NCBI GenBank assembly: GCA_964649265.1
Contig: CAZYPB010000003.1
Location: forward strand, 1 to 43,940
Reading direction: 5' to 3'
DNA from: Candidatus Micrarchaeota archaeon
GTDB lineage: Archaea > Micrarchaeota > Micrarchaeia > Burarchaeales > JAKAKT01
Length of the DNA: 43,940 nucleotides
Shown here: positions 35,176-42,792 of the stretch, piece by piece
Numbering within the stretch: the first letter of the stretch is position 1
Layout of the letters: each line of letters opens with the position of its first letter
Position numbers and translations under genes: made by a program
The notes under the pieces: generated by a model
The model's database searches: none
The model's input: only the letters and a program-made list of their open reading frames with translations
Told to the model about the DNA's origin: nothing

Positions 35176-35523
35176 ATGGTAAAACAGGTTATTGTAACGA
35201 GGACAGATCTAAAGCTTGGAAAAGGAAAGCTTGCTGCCCATGTTGCCCATGCTTCACTTGAAGGTTATAAGAAAGTTAGGGGAAAAGACCCGGAATTAGT
35301 TAAAGAGTGGGAGGAGGAAGGGCAGAAGAAGATAGTTGTTAAAGTGAAGGATGAAAAGGAGATGCTTGAGCTTTTCGAAAGAGCTAAAAGAGAGGTTCCT
35401 GCTGCCCTCATAAAGGATGCTGGGCATACGCAGATACCTCCTGGGACACTTACCTGTCTTGTTCTTGGACCTTGGAAAGATGAAGAACTTGATAAGTTTA
35501 CAAATGGCCTGAAGTTACTCTGA
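35176..35523 (+). CDS. pth2: peptidyl-tRNA hydrolase, archaeal type (Pth2)
   Basis: KQVIVTRTDLKLGKGKLAAHVAHASL...KIVVKV.DEKEMLEL...A......ALIKDAGHTQIPPGTLTCLVLGP. Confidence 0.9.
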   Translation: MVKQVIVTRTDLKLGKGKLAAHVAHASLEGYKKVRGKDPELVKEWEEEGQKKIVVKVKDEKEMLELFERAKREVPAALIKDAGHTQIPPGTLTCLVLGPWKDEELDKFTNGLKLL

Positions 35524-36006
35524 TTATCTGTCGAAGAAAATTGATTTCCCGGTTCCTGCAATTGGTATTGCAACAACAAGAGGAGCATCCAGTATTTTTA
35601 ATTTGGAAGCAATTACTCCTGCTCTCCACATCACTCTGTTGTCTGCATTATGGAGTGAGGCTGTTTTTGCAGCTGAACCCAAAGCAATTCCCAAATCAAT
35701 TAATCTCATTGGTGAAACCTTTCCTTTCAAATCAGGGTCCATTGTTGAAACATCCACCTCGCCCCTTAGTAACTCGTCTTTCCCCAATTCTTTAACTCCG
35801 ATTAAAACTAATTTGGAAGCATCCCGGATATTCTGAGCATCCCTTTTCCAACCGCTGCTTTCCCTGCTCTCCATCCCATCGGCAATCCTCTTCTTCTCCT
35901 TTTCGGATGCTACTTTGTATTCAAGTAAATCGTTTCCAACTGCTTTTGGAGCTGTTTTTGCAGAAAGAAGCATCAATTCGGAAACTGTTTTCAGCGCATT
36001 CTCCAT
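35524..36006 (-). CDS. hypothetical protein, possibly DUF2148/COG4739-like
   Basis: Start moved to ATG 36006 (MENALKTVSELMLLSAKTAPKAVG...) because upstream codons overlap the next gene. IDLGIALGSAAKTA and ADNRVMWRAG resemble that family from memory. The usual Cys cluster is not evident. Confidence 0.45.
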   Translation of the reverse strand: MENALKTVSELMLLSAKTAPKAVGNDLLEYKVASEKEKKRIADGMESRESSGWKRDAQNIRDASKLVLIGVKELGKDELLRGEVDVSTMDPDLKGKVSPMRLIDLGIALGSAAKTASLHNADNRVMWRAGVIASKLKILDAPLVVAIPIAGTGKSIFFDR

Positions 36007-36010
36007 AACA

Positions 36011-36331
36011 TCACCCTCTACACATATTATGCCTACTGCATTCCTTAAGGAGTTTACTGCATTCCTCAGTATCATGACTTGGTCTGCATGAGAGGTAGAA
36101 CTCCGCTTTCTTATCCATATAGTAATCGTGGTGATCATAGGAAGCGAAAACAAGTCTGTAGCCTGAGGGGCATTTGAAAACTCCAATTATTGTTGAATTA
36201 AATGGGTCTCCGGGGTATGTTTTATCGCAATAATCCCTGAACATATTGAAATCTGTCTGCCTTTCCTCGTGTTGTGCTTGGAACGAACAGCCGTAAAGCA
36301 AGAATATGATTCCAAGTGAAAGCAGCCTCAT
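36011..36331 (-). CDS. small lipoprotein, unknown function
   Basis: MRLLSLGIIFLLYGC lipobox. 106 aa with several Cys in the mature part. Confidence 0.55.
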   Translation of the reverse strand: MRLLSLGIIFLLYGCSFQAQHEERQTDFNMFRDYCDKTYPGDPFNSTIIGVFKCPSGYRLVFASYDHHDYYMDKKAEFYLSCRPSHDTEECSKLLKECSRHNMCRG

Positions 36332-36356
36332 TGTAATTATTTAGGAACCATCAAGG

Positions 36357-36364
36357 TATTTAAA
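36357..36364 (+). promoter_or_regulatory. TATA box for the RNase P RNA gene
   Basis: TATTTAAA centred about 26 nt upstream of the predicted 5' end at 36387. Confidence 0.5.
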
Positions 36365-36386
36365 CCCTGGGAGAGCAACTAATAAT

Positions 36387-36633
36387 GGAGTGGATGGCCG
36401 GCAGTCACTTGCTTAAAGCAGGAGGAAGCTCTGCCCATCGTGAAAGCTTCGAAGGGTTTAAGGCCCAAAGCAGGAACAGAAACGAACTCCCTTACGGGGA
36501 TGAGGATGAAGAAATGAGACTCGTGAGGTGCAGATGAAACGACTTGCTGTGAAGCGCTATGTGCGATGCAAGGCATTAAGCCGCTAAGTCGAATACTGTC
36601 AAAAACAGAAGGCAGGCTATGGCCACCCACTCT
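36387..36633 (+). ncRNA. rnpB: RNase P RNA (compact)
   Basis: P1 GGAGTGGATGGCC (5') with GGCCACCCACTC (3'). P4 5' strand GGAGGAAGCTCTGCC (compare GGAGGAAAGUCC) pairing with ACAGAAGGCAGGCTATGG (compare ACAGAACCCGGCUUAU), leaving one bulged U. GCAGGAACAGAAACG; GATGAGGATGAAGAAATG (compare GGUAAGGGUGAAA); GTGCAGATGAAACGACT (compare AGAUGAAUGACU). The track ORFs here are spurious. Confidence 0.85.
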
Positions 36634-36639
36634 TCCTAC

Positions 36640-37338
36640 TTACAGCTCATCGAATAATGGATTATCGGGGAATACTTCAATTCCTTTTTTACCAAAAGCT
36701 AATGGGCATGGTTTGTCTATGTGCTCTGTTCCCCTTGCTTTGATTACCTCTACTCCCCTTATTCTGTTGTTCTTCACTCTTCTGTTGTAAACTAAAATCA
36801 GTTCATCGGCAAGGAAATCAACTATTGGGTACTGCCTGTATCTCCTGCTATATTCATTTATCATGAGCGTTGTGCAACCTAGCTTTCTAAGTGATTCGAA
36901 GAGCTCTCTTAGAGCTATCCTCTGCCTGTAAAGATTTTCGAAAAGCATTGAGTATGCTGTGAGTGAATCTATTACAACTCTCTTTGCTCCAATACTCTTT
37001 ATTGTATCAAAAGTCATTCCCACATCAATGTGGAAAAGTGTCTCTGCTTTAAGACTTCTCGCATCCACTAATCTGAACTTATCCTCATGCTCTAGTTTCC
37101 TGAAATCCCACCCATACTGCTGTGAGTGTTTGTAAAGCATTTCCATTGGTTCTTCGAATGAGATGAATATTCCGGGTTCGTCGTGTTCCGTTGCCCCATT
37201 GTAAATGTATTGGAGTCCCATGGTAGTCTTTCCAGAACCGGGATCCCCAGAAATCAAGACAATACTGTGCTTTTCATAACCGCCTTTAAGAAGCTGATCC
37301 AGGCCTTTGATTCCAGTCGGTACTTTTTCTATTTTCAT
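36640..37338 (-). CDS. single-domain KaiC/RecA-like ATPase
   Basis: TGIKGLDQLLKGGYEKHSIVLISGDPGSGKT and AKRVVIDSLT. 232 aa. Third paralog in the window. Confidence 0.8.
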   Translation of the reverse strand: MKIEKVPTGIKGLDQLLKGGYEKHSIVLISGDPGSGKTTMGLQYIYNGATEHDEPGIFISFEEPMEMLYKHSQQYGWDFRKLEHEDKFRLVDARSLKAETLFHIDVGMTFDTIKSIGAKRVVIDSLTAYSMLFENLYRQRIALRELFESLRKLGCTTLMINEYSRRYRQYPIVDFLADELILVYNRRVKNNRIRGVEVIKARGTEHIDKPCPLAFGKKGIEVFPDNPLFDEL

Positions 37339-37408
37339 AAAAACATACCCCCAAAGAAATTATAGAGGGCACTATTTTTAACCTTTACACCTCTAAATAA
37401 ATTCACGT

Positions 37409-37614
37409 GCCAAGGTAACTCAGTTTGGTTAGAGTGCCAGACTCATAAGCTTAGCTTCTTGAGTGATGAGCTTCATGCGATGATATAAGGTCACTCTGCC
37501 AGGTGTAATCTGGAAGCCGCGGGTTCAAACGAAATCCCTTTTCTTTTGGAAAGAAAGGTCTCTCGACACCCCAAAAGAAACGAAAAGGCATTTCTGAAAA
37601 TCCCGCCCTTGGCA
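37409..37614 (+). tRNA. tRNA-Met (anticodon CAU; elongator-type; Ile2 not excluded) with two introns
   Basis: 206 nt. GCCAAGG/CCTTGGC acceptor, A73, ACTC..GAGT D-stem, CCAGA/TCTGG anticodon stem, loop CT-CAT-A. About 60-nt anticodon-loop intron (about 37448-37507; junction ambiguous because of a shared TAA). 71-nt T-loop intron 37530-37600 with a perfect BHB. No A1:U72 or GGG/CCC initiator signature. Confidence 0.85.
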
Positions 37615-37617
37615 TCC

Positions 37618-37627
37618 TTTTGTTTTT
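37618..37627 (+). terminator. oligo-T tract after tRNA-Met
   Basis: TTTTGTTTTT begins 4 nt after the discriminator base, the typical archaeal termination signal. Confidence 0.4.
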
Positions 37628-37749
37628 GAATAGATTTAGATTGTTAGAGTGCCCCCAGTATTGTTATGTGTGTATGTCATCCCAAAACTCTTTGGAATTT
37701 GCATAGAAAACAAGCATTGCATTATGTGAAAAACATCATTTAAAGCTTC

Positions 37750-38376
37750 TTATTCATCTATCAATTTAGATAATTTTTGAATGAGCGCATCTTTCTGTAG
37801 TCTATCATTTTCCTCTAGAAGTTGTTGAGCTTCAAACTTTGAAGTCATTGTTTCTAAATTGCCTTTCATTGCCTTTGTGAATTGGAGGTAACTCTCCTTC
37901 AGATCTTTGAGTTCAGTTAGGATTTGATCTGCATCCAATTCCCTTGTCTCTATCTCTTCTTTGTTACGGATAACATAGGATTCGAAATCAGAAAGATGTT
38001 TAAAAGCTGGTTCTGCAAAATTTGAGTATCTCTCCCCAAATGCAAGGTATGCCTTGTAATTCTCGTAATTTGAGTCTGCGTTAAAATTTTCTATTATCTG
38101 AGTGCCCTCCTCCCCAAATGATACGAGAGTTCTGACATCGGAATTAACTGTTTCAAAATGGGAATTGTAAACCTCAACAAAGTTCTCTTGAACTTCTTCC
38201 ACATGCGAGGTATTCTCTGTTGAGTTATATATTGAGGGCGTTTTGGTTATCACTGGCTCTTGCTTAGAGTTCTCTTCAGAACTAGTTGTTTGAGTTTCAG
38301 TGCAGCCCACTAAAGCTAAAGAGAATAAAAGAAAAAACAGACATGAGATTCTAATAATTTCAACTATTTTTTCCAC
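37750..38376 (-). CDS. lipoprotein, unknown function
   Basis: ISCLFFLLFSLALVGC lipobox, Ser/Thr/Glu-rich linker, helical C-terminal part. Overlaps the upstream gene by 17 nt. Confidence 0.6.
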   Translation of the reverse strand: MEKIVEIIRISCLFFLLFSLALVGCTETQTTSSEENSKQEPVITKTPSIYNSTENTSHVEEVQENFVEVYNSHFETVNSDVRTLVSFGEEGTQIIENFNADSNYENYKAYLAFGERYSNFAEPAFKHLSDFESYVIRNKEEIETRELDADQILTELKDLKESYLQFTKAMKGNLETMTSKFEAQQLLEENDRLQKDALIQKLSKLIDE

Positions 38377-39136
38377 CTGTGTTGTTGTTCATTGGCCCGT
38401 TGCCATTTGTGTTGTTGTTTGCATTGTTCAAGCATGCTTTCTCCGTGCATGCAGTTCCTGAACCGGTGCATTTACAGGTGTTACAGCCATCTTCTGCATT
38501 CCATCTCTCACCAAACTTATGGCCATTGCATTCCCTGACCCTGTTCTTAACTCGGTTGACTTCCTTTTCCTTGATGTCTTTTCCAATAACGCCACTCTTT
38601 CCGACAACGGGTAAGAGATTATACTCTCTCTTATTGCCTTTTCTTACAACATTGATATCGAAAACAAATTCAGTTACATTCCCAACATCGAATGGCTTGA
38701 TTATGTGAAGTTTGTTGCTCGGGACATTTACAAGCACCATCTCCCCGTCAACGATTCCAACGGTCCCGTTAACATGGAGCTCTATTTTTGTGTATTTTCC
38801 AGGTTCAAGGTATAATGAAGCTATCTCAGTAATGTTCTCATTGACAAGTTGGGTAAGATCAATAGAAACACCACTTAGCTCTACTTCCTCAAATCCTCCT
38901 TCTCCGGGTTCGAAAATCCTCGCTTTTGAGAAGCTTACTGTAAGGCTTTCGAAATCACCTATGTCTGCAGGTGCATCAGAAACAAATAATTTGAAATTGT
39001 CTCCCAAAACTGTTTTTTTACTTCCACTAGTTTGCTCTGTTCCGCTTGTTTTAGCTGTTTCCGCAGTGCCCGCACAACCAAAGAAAAGCATAGAGAATAA
39101 AATAATCGATATAATCTCAATCTTCATACGCACCAC
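38360..39136 (-). CDS. DUF4382-like lipoprotein with a C-terminal Cys-knot-like module
   Basis: IILFSMLFFGC lipobox. FVSDAPADIGDFESLTVSFSKARIF...DLTQL...LEPGKYTKIELHV...VNVPSNKLHI...FVFDINVV...YNLLPV pattern (DUF4382, from memory). C-terminus CNGHKFGERWNAEDGCNTCKCTGSGTACTEKAC plus an Asn-rich tail. Confidence 0.7.
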   Translation of the reverse strand: MVRMKIEIISIILFSMLFFGCAGTAETAKTSGTEQTSGSKKTVLGDNFKLFVSDAPADIGDFESLTVSFSKARIFEPGEGGFEEVELSGVSIDLTQLVNENITEIASLYLEPGKYTKIELHVNGTVGIVDGEMVLVNVPSNKLHIIKPFDVGNVTEFVFDINVVRKGNKREYNLLPVVGKSGVIGKDIKEKEVNRVKNRVRECNGHKFGERWNAEDGCNTCKCTGSGTACTEKACLNNANNNTNGNGPMNNNTGGKNS

Positions 39137-39170
39137 ATGCCAATCTCTAGTTTAATCAAATATTTATAAT

Positions 39171-39595
39171 CTACTGTTTCTTTTTCCTCCTGCGTTTTTT
39201 TGGTTTTTCTTCCTCTAAAAGACCTTGCTCATCTAAACCTATGTGTTGGCCTATTCCGTAGTAAAGTGTTGCTAGAAAGATAAAACCACCAAGAACTATG
39301 TAGATGACGTTACTTTCCCCTAACCCGCCCAATAACCATGCAGGGGATGCAAAATAACGAATGCATAGATTGCAATTGTTATTAGAAGGAATATGAGGCT
39401 CCAGAAGCTTATGTCCTTCCCCAAAATGAGCTTTAGTGAGATTGCAAAACCAACGAAGAATCCGAGTATTGGGAGAAATATATTCAGTATTGCCCCGCCA
39501 ACACAACCTGCAAGAACAAATTTACTTAAAATAAAGAGATAAGAAAGAAATGTATAGATAACGTGCGTAAGGAAGTTGATGGTCCCAGTTATCAA
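39171..39595 (-). pseudogene. multi-pass membrane protein gene interrupted by a frameshift
   Basis: Track ORFs 39320-39595 (TTG start; 3 hydrophobic helices; ends ...HPLHGYWAG*) and 39171-39506 (tail ...AWLLGGLGESNVIYIVLGGFIFLATLYYGIGQH..KKRRRKKKQ*) join into one ORF if one C is added to the CCCC run (plus-strand G4 at 39343-39346). Confidence 0.45.
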
Positions 39596-39941
39596 AGATG
39601 AATTGAAAAGAAGAGTTCTAACCGAAATAGCAGTTTTCCTAATTGCACTTTTTTCTATTCTTTACCTTTGGAATGAAGTAACTCTGCTTACTGTAATCGC
39701 AATTGCCATTTATGGTGTTGCTGATAGGGTTTGACATGAGAAGAATGATTACATTATTTATATTGTGGGAGCTCTGCTTGGGACATTCGCTGAGATACTT
39801 TCAATTGAGTATGGTGTTTGGAGTTACGCAAAACCGAGTTTCTTGGGGGTTCCCATTTGGCTTCCTTTTATGTGGGGTCTTGCGATAGTTCTTGTAACGA
39901 AGGTTTCCAAGAGTGCTTCCGAACTGTTAAAAACCCAATGA
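39579..39941 (+). pseudogene. small membrane protein gene with an in-frame TGA
   Basis: Hand translation in one frame: MVPVIKDELKRRVLTEIAVFLIALFSILYLWNEVTLLTVIAIAIYGVADRV-TGA(39732-39734)-HEKNDYIIYIVGALLGTFAEILSIEYGVWSYAKPSFLGVPIWLPFMWGLAIVLVTKVSKSASELLKTQ*. Hydrophobic-helix character continues across the stop. Confidence 0.45.
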
Positions 39942-40335
39942 CGAAAAATGAGCTTTTGTGAATAGAATTGTTTCTTATTTTTAGCTCCTAACCTCGAAAA
40001 ACAACTAAAAAACGAAAGCATTTTAATACTGATTGTTTTGAATCATAAGTCCCTTAGTAAGAGTGGGAGAGAAACACCTTTAGACTGAAAGATAGCGGCC
40101 AAAAGAACGCAAAGAGTTTCTCTGTAACTATGAGCGTTAGCTTAAAACTGGTGATTGGATGGATGAGCTTGAGAGGTTGGAGGAGTATCTGAAAAGTAAA
40201 GGCTATAGGATAACTGTTTCAGTTAGGCATGAATTAGGTTACATTAGAGCCCTACAACCAGAAAGCGAGTTTAATGGTTTGGTGAGAGTGGAAAGGATTA
40301 AAATGTAAATGGAGTAATTTATAATCGGTGGTTGT

Positions 40336-42108
40336 GTGAAATATGTTTTAGCCTTTCTTGTTGTTGCACTTTTGATTTTCGGATGTCCTTCTCAAGGACC
40401 TGTTTGTAATGAACCCTACATTCTGGTTGGGGATGATTGTTGTCTTGATAATGATGGAAACAATGTTTGTGATAAGGATCAGCAAACAGCCCAGCAGACG
40501 GAAAAACAGACTACTAGCCCAACATGCAATCCACCATATATTCTAGTGGGAAGCGACTGCTGTCTTGATGCAGATGATAACAAGATATGCGATTCGGATG
40601 AAACTGAACCTCAGCAAAGTGCAGAAAAAGAACCTGCGGCAAATGAACCGCAATGTGGGGCTCCATACATAATGGTTGGCAATCTCTGCTGCCTTGATAA
40701 GAATGGGAATGATATTTGTGATACCGATGAGAGTGAACCAGAGCCAGAACCCGAACCTCAGCCCCAGCAAACTGTAGCAGTGTGCGGAAATGGAGCGTGC
40801 GAATCAGGAGAGAGTTCAGTTAATTGCTGTGATGACTGTGGATGTCAGACAGGGTATTCATGTGTTTCCAACTCCTGTGAACAGGATTCGGTTTGCGGAG
40901 ATGGAGTGTGCAGTGGTGATGAGAGCTCTGATAACTGCTGCGAGGATTGTGAGTGTAATGCAGGATTCTATTGCGATGAGACATGCAAAACACAATTCCA
41001 GTTTGCACCCATGGAGTTTCAATTCGTTTTAATAGATCTATGTGGGAATGGGGTGTGTGGAGATTCTGAGGACTCAACAACCTGCTGCACTGATTGCGGT
41101 TGTCCGATAACTCATCATTGCGAGGAGAATGTGTGCGTTGAGGGAATGTACATTGCACCCATTATTATGCAGGCATATATAGTGGACGCACCTAAGGAAA
41201 CAATCATTTCTGAGGGAAGCGGTAATTACTACCCGATAATTTACGGAGATAGAATTGTTTGGCAACAATACCAAGCAGGAGGGAAACCCCAGGTTAACAT
41301 GTATGATTTGAATACTAAGACAATAAACGTGATTTCAGATACCTGGTCCTCAATGCCAGATATATGGGAGGATAAAATGGTATGGGAAGATGGGAGGAGA
41401 AGTATTGGGGACAATGTAGATGTTTACTACTTGGACTTGGGGACAACTGTTGAGGGGATGATATCCCCAAGGGAGTCATATCAAAGAACCCCGTCAGTTT
41501 ACAACAACCAGGTTGCTTGGGTCGAGCAGACAAGCAAGGGCTGGGATGCCTATGTATATGATTTCAGCGAGAGAAAGGAATACAGACTGACCAGCGATAA
41601 AGATGTCACTCAGAATCCTCCCCGCACCTGGGCAGGTTGGGTTGTTTGGAGCCAGGCAGACCATAGCAGTCCGGGGAACTCACAGTATGAGATCGTAACA
41701 TATCATCTCCCAACAAAGAAAAAGGAAACAATATACTCAACCAACTCGCCCCATGAGGTCGAATATAGTACGGGGATAGATAATGGGAGAATTGCATTCA
41801 TCGCAGGAAGCAATGGAAATGAGAAAACCTATGTTTACGATATAAGCACAAAACTACTTACCCAGGTGAGTACAATTGACAGCGATAAGAAAGAATGCTC
41901 CATACAGGAAAACAGGGTTGTGTGGGCGGATAAGAGAAATGGAAACTGGGACATCTACATGTACGATCTCTCTAGTAAAGAAGAGACTCAGATAACTGAT
42001 GATTCAACAGACCAGGAGCACCCGGATGTCTATGGGAGCACAATAGTCTACCATGGATTATCAGAAACCCAAACTGGAAAACATATATTCAAGTACGAAC
42101 TCGATTAA
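40336..42108 (+). CDS. modular surface lipoprotein: Cys repeats plus beta-propeller
   Basis: GTG start, LLIFGC lipobox. Three repeats C.(E/P/A)PYI(L/M)VG..CCLD...N..CD.D, three full CG(N/D)G.C...E....CC.DC.C modules, then about 6 blade-like repeats (RIVWQQ...VNMYDL; KMVWED...VYYLDL; NQVAWVE...AYVYDF; NRVVWADKRNGNWDIYMYDL). Confidence 0.75.
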   Translation: MKYVLAFLVVALLIFGCPSQGPVCNEPYILVGDDCCLDNDGNNVCDKDQQTAQQTEKQTTSPTCNPPYILVGSDCCLDADDNKICDSDETEPQQSAEKEPAANEPQCGAPYIMVGNLCCLDKNGNDICDTDESEPEPEPEPQPQQTVAVCGNGACESGESSVNCCDDCGCQTGYSCVSNSCEQDSVCGDGVCSGDESSDNCCEDCECNAGFYCDETCKTQFQFAPMEFQFVLIDLCGNGVCGDSEDSTTCCTDCGCPITHHCEENVCVEGMYIAPIIMQAYIVDAPKETIISEGSGNYYPIIYGDRIVWQQYQAGGKPQVNMYDLNTKTINVISDTWSSMPDIWEDKMVWEDGRRSIGDNVDVYYLDLGTTVEGMISPRESYQRTPSVYNNQVAWVEQTSKGWDAYVYDFSERKEYRLTSDKDVTQNPPRTWAGWVVWSQADHSSPGNSQYEIVTYHLPTKKKETIYSTNSPHEVEYSTGIDNGRIAFIAGSNGNEKTYVYDISTKLLTQVSTIDSDKKECSIQENRVVWADKRNGNWDIYMYDLSSKEETQITDDSTDQEHPDVYGSTIVYHGLSETQTGKHIFKYELD

Positions 42109-42698
42109 GGATATATGTTCTGGAGTTGTGTTGAGTAGCTTGGAGGCATTGTTCCAGAGATTACTGTATGGGATCCGTGCTCGGGTATTATTTCTATATT
42201 GTATTCAGACCTAGTTGGGAAATATGTTGTTGGCGGAGGCACTATATTGAATTGTACAAGTGAAGAGCCATCTATGACTGGAGCTTCCGGAGTGAACAGG
42301 TTTGTCGGGTCCCTTATTTCAGTTATATTATAGTATGAACCTGCAACAGTTGTCGTGTTGCTGTATGTCATTGTGCTCTGATTTATGTTATTGCCAATCC
42401 TCACAACAACCTGGCCTAGATCAATTCTTCCAGCACCTGCGGCTGCAGTTACGAACATTGTGAAGTTCTCAACTACATTCAAACCTGAGTCAGTTGTTCC
42501 CACTATGCTCTGAACAATAAGATTCCCTGAAACTTGCTGTATTGCCTCTTTTCCAGTTGTCATTGCTCTCTGCTGAAGTATTCCTGAGACATTTATTAGC
42601 ACAGCAGCCGCTATTGCTGCAACAAGAACCATTGCTATGAATATAATGAGAGTTCCAATACCTACTGCTCCTTTTTTTGTACTGAGCATATGCACCAC
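42105..42698 (-). CDS. flaB: archaellin (archaeal flagellin FlaB/ArlB family)
   Basis: Class III signal peptide and conserved N-terminus KKGAVGIGTLIIFIAMVLVAAIAAAVLINVSGILQQRAMTTGKEA. 197 aa. Confidence 0.85.
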   Translation of the reverse strand: MVHMLSTKKGAVGIGTLIIFIAMVLVAAIAAAVLINVSGILQQRAMTTGKEAIQQVSGNLIVQSIVGTTDSGLNVVENFTMFVTAAAGAGRIDLGQVVVRIGNNINQSTMTYSNTTTVAGSYYNITEIRDPTNLFTPEAPVIDGSSLVQFNIVPPPTTYFPTRSEYNIEIIPEHGSHTVISGTMPPSYSTQLQNIYP

Positions 42699-42792
42699 CA
42701 GTAAGCTGATAGATTATGGCATATTAAAAGCTTTGGATCTAAAAACTGAGAGAACTAATGAATATTTAAAGAATTAAGGGTTAAGTTCGGTT

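Noticed and set aside
36379-36790. Track ORFs 36379-36630 (-) and 36566-36790 (+)
   Set aside because: They overlap the RNase P RNA gene (36387-36633) and the 3' end of the KaiC-like gene. The RNA motifs explain the open frames.
37448-37507. Possible C/D box guide RNA inside the 60-nt anticodon-loop intron of tRNA-Met (GTGATGA at 37463-37469, GATGAT, CTGC)
   Set aside because: Only the C box is canonical. There is no D' box, the C' is shifted and the D-like box is CTGC. I could not find guide complementarity to the tRNA anticodon arm. Worth a CM scan but not supportable by eye. I also could not draw a clean BHB for this intron.
40159-40308. 49-aa ORF MDELERLEEYLKSKGYRITVSVRHELGYIRALQPESEFNGLVRVERIKM in the 390-nt gap upstream of the lipoprotein gene
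   Set aside because: Its composition is protein-like, but there is no recognisable family, no clear promoter or RBS, and it is very short. Not enough evidence to call.
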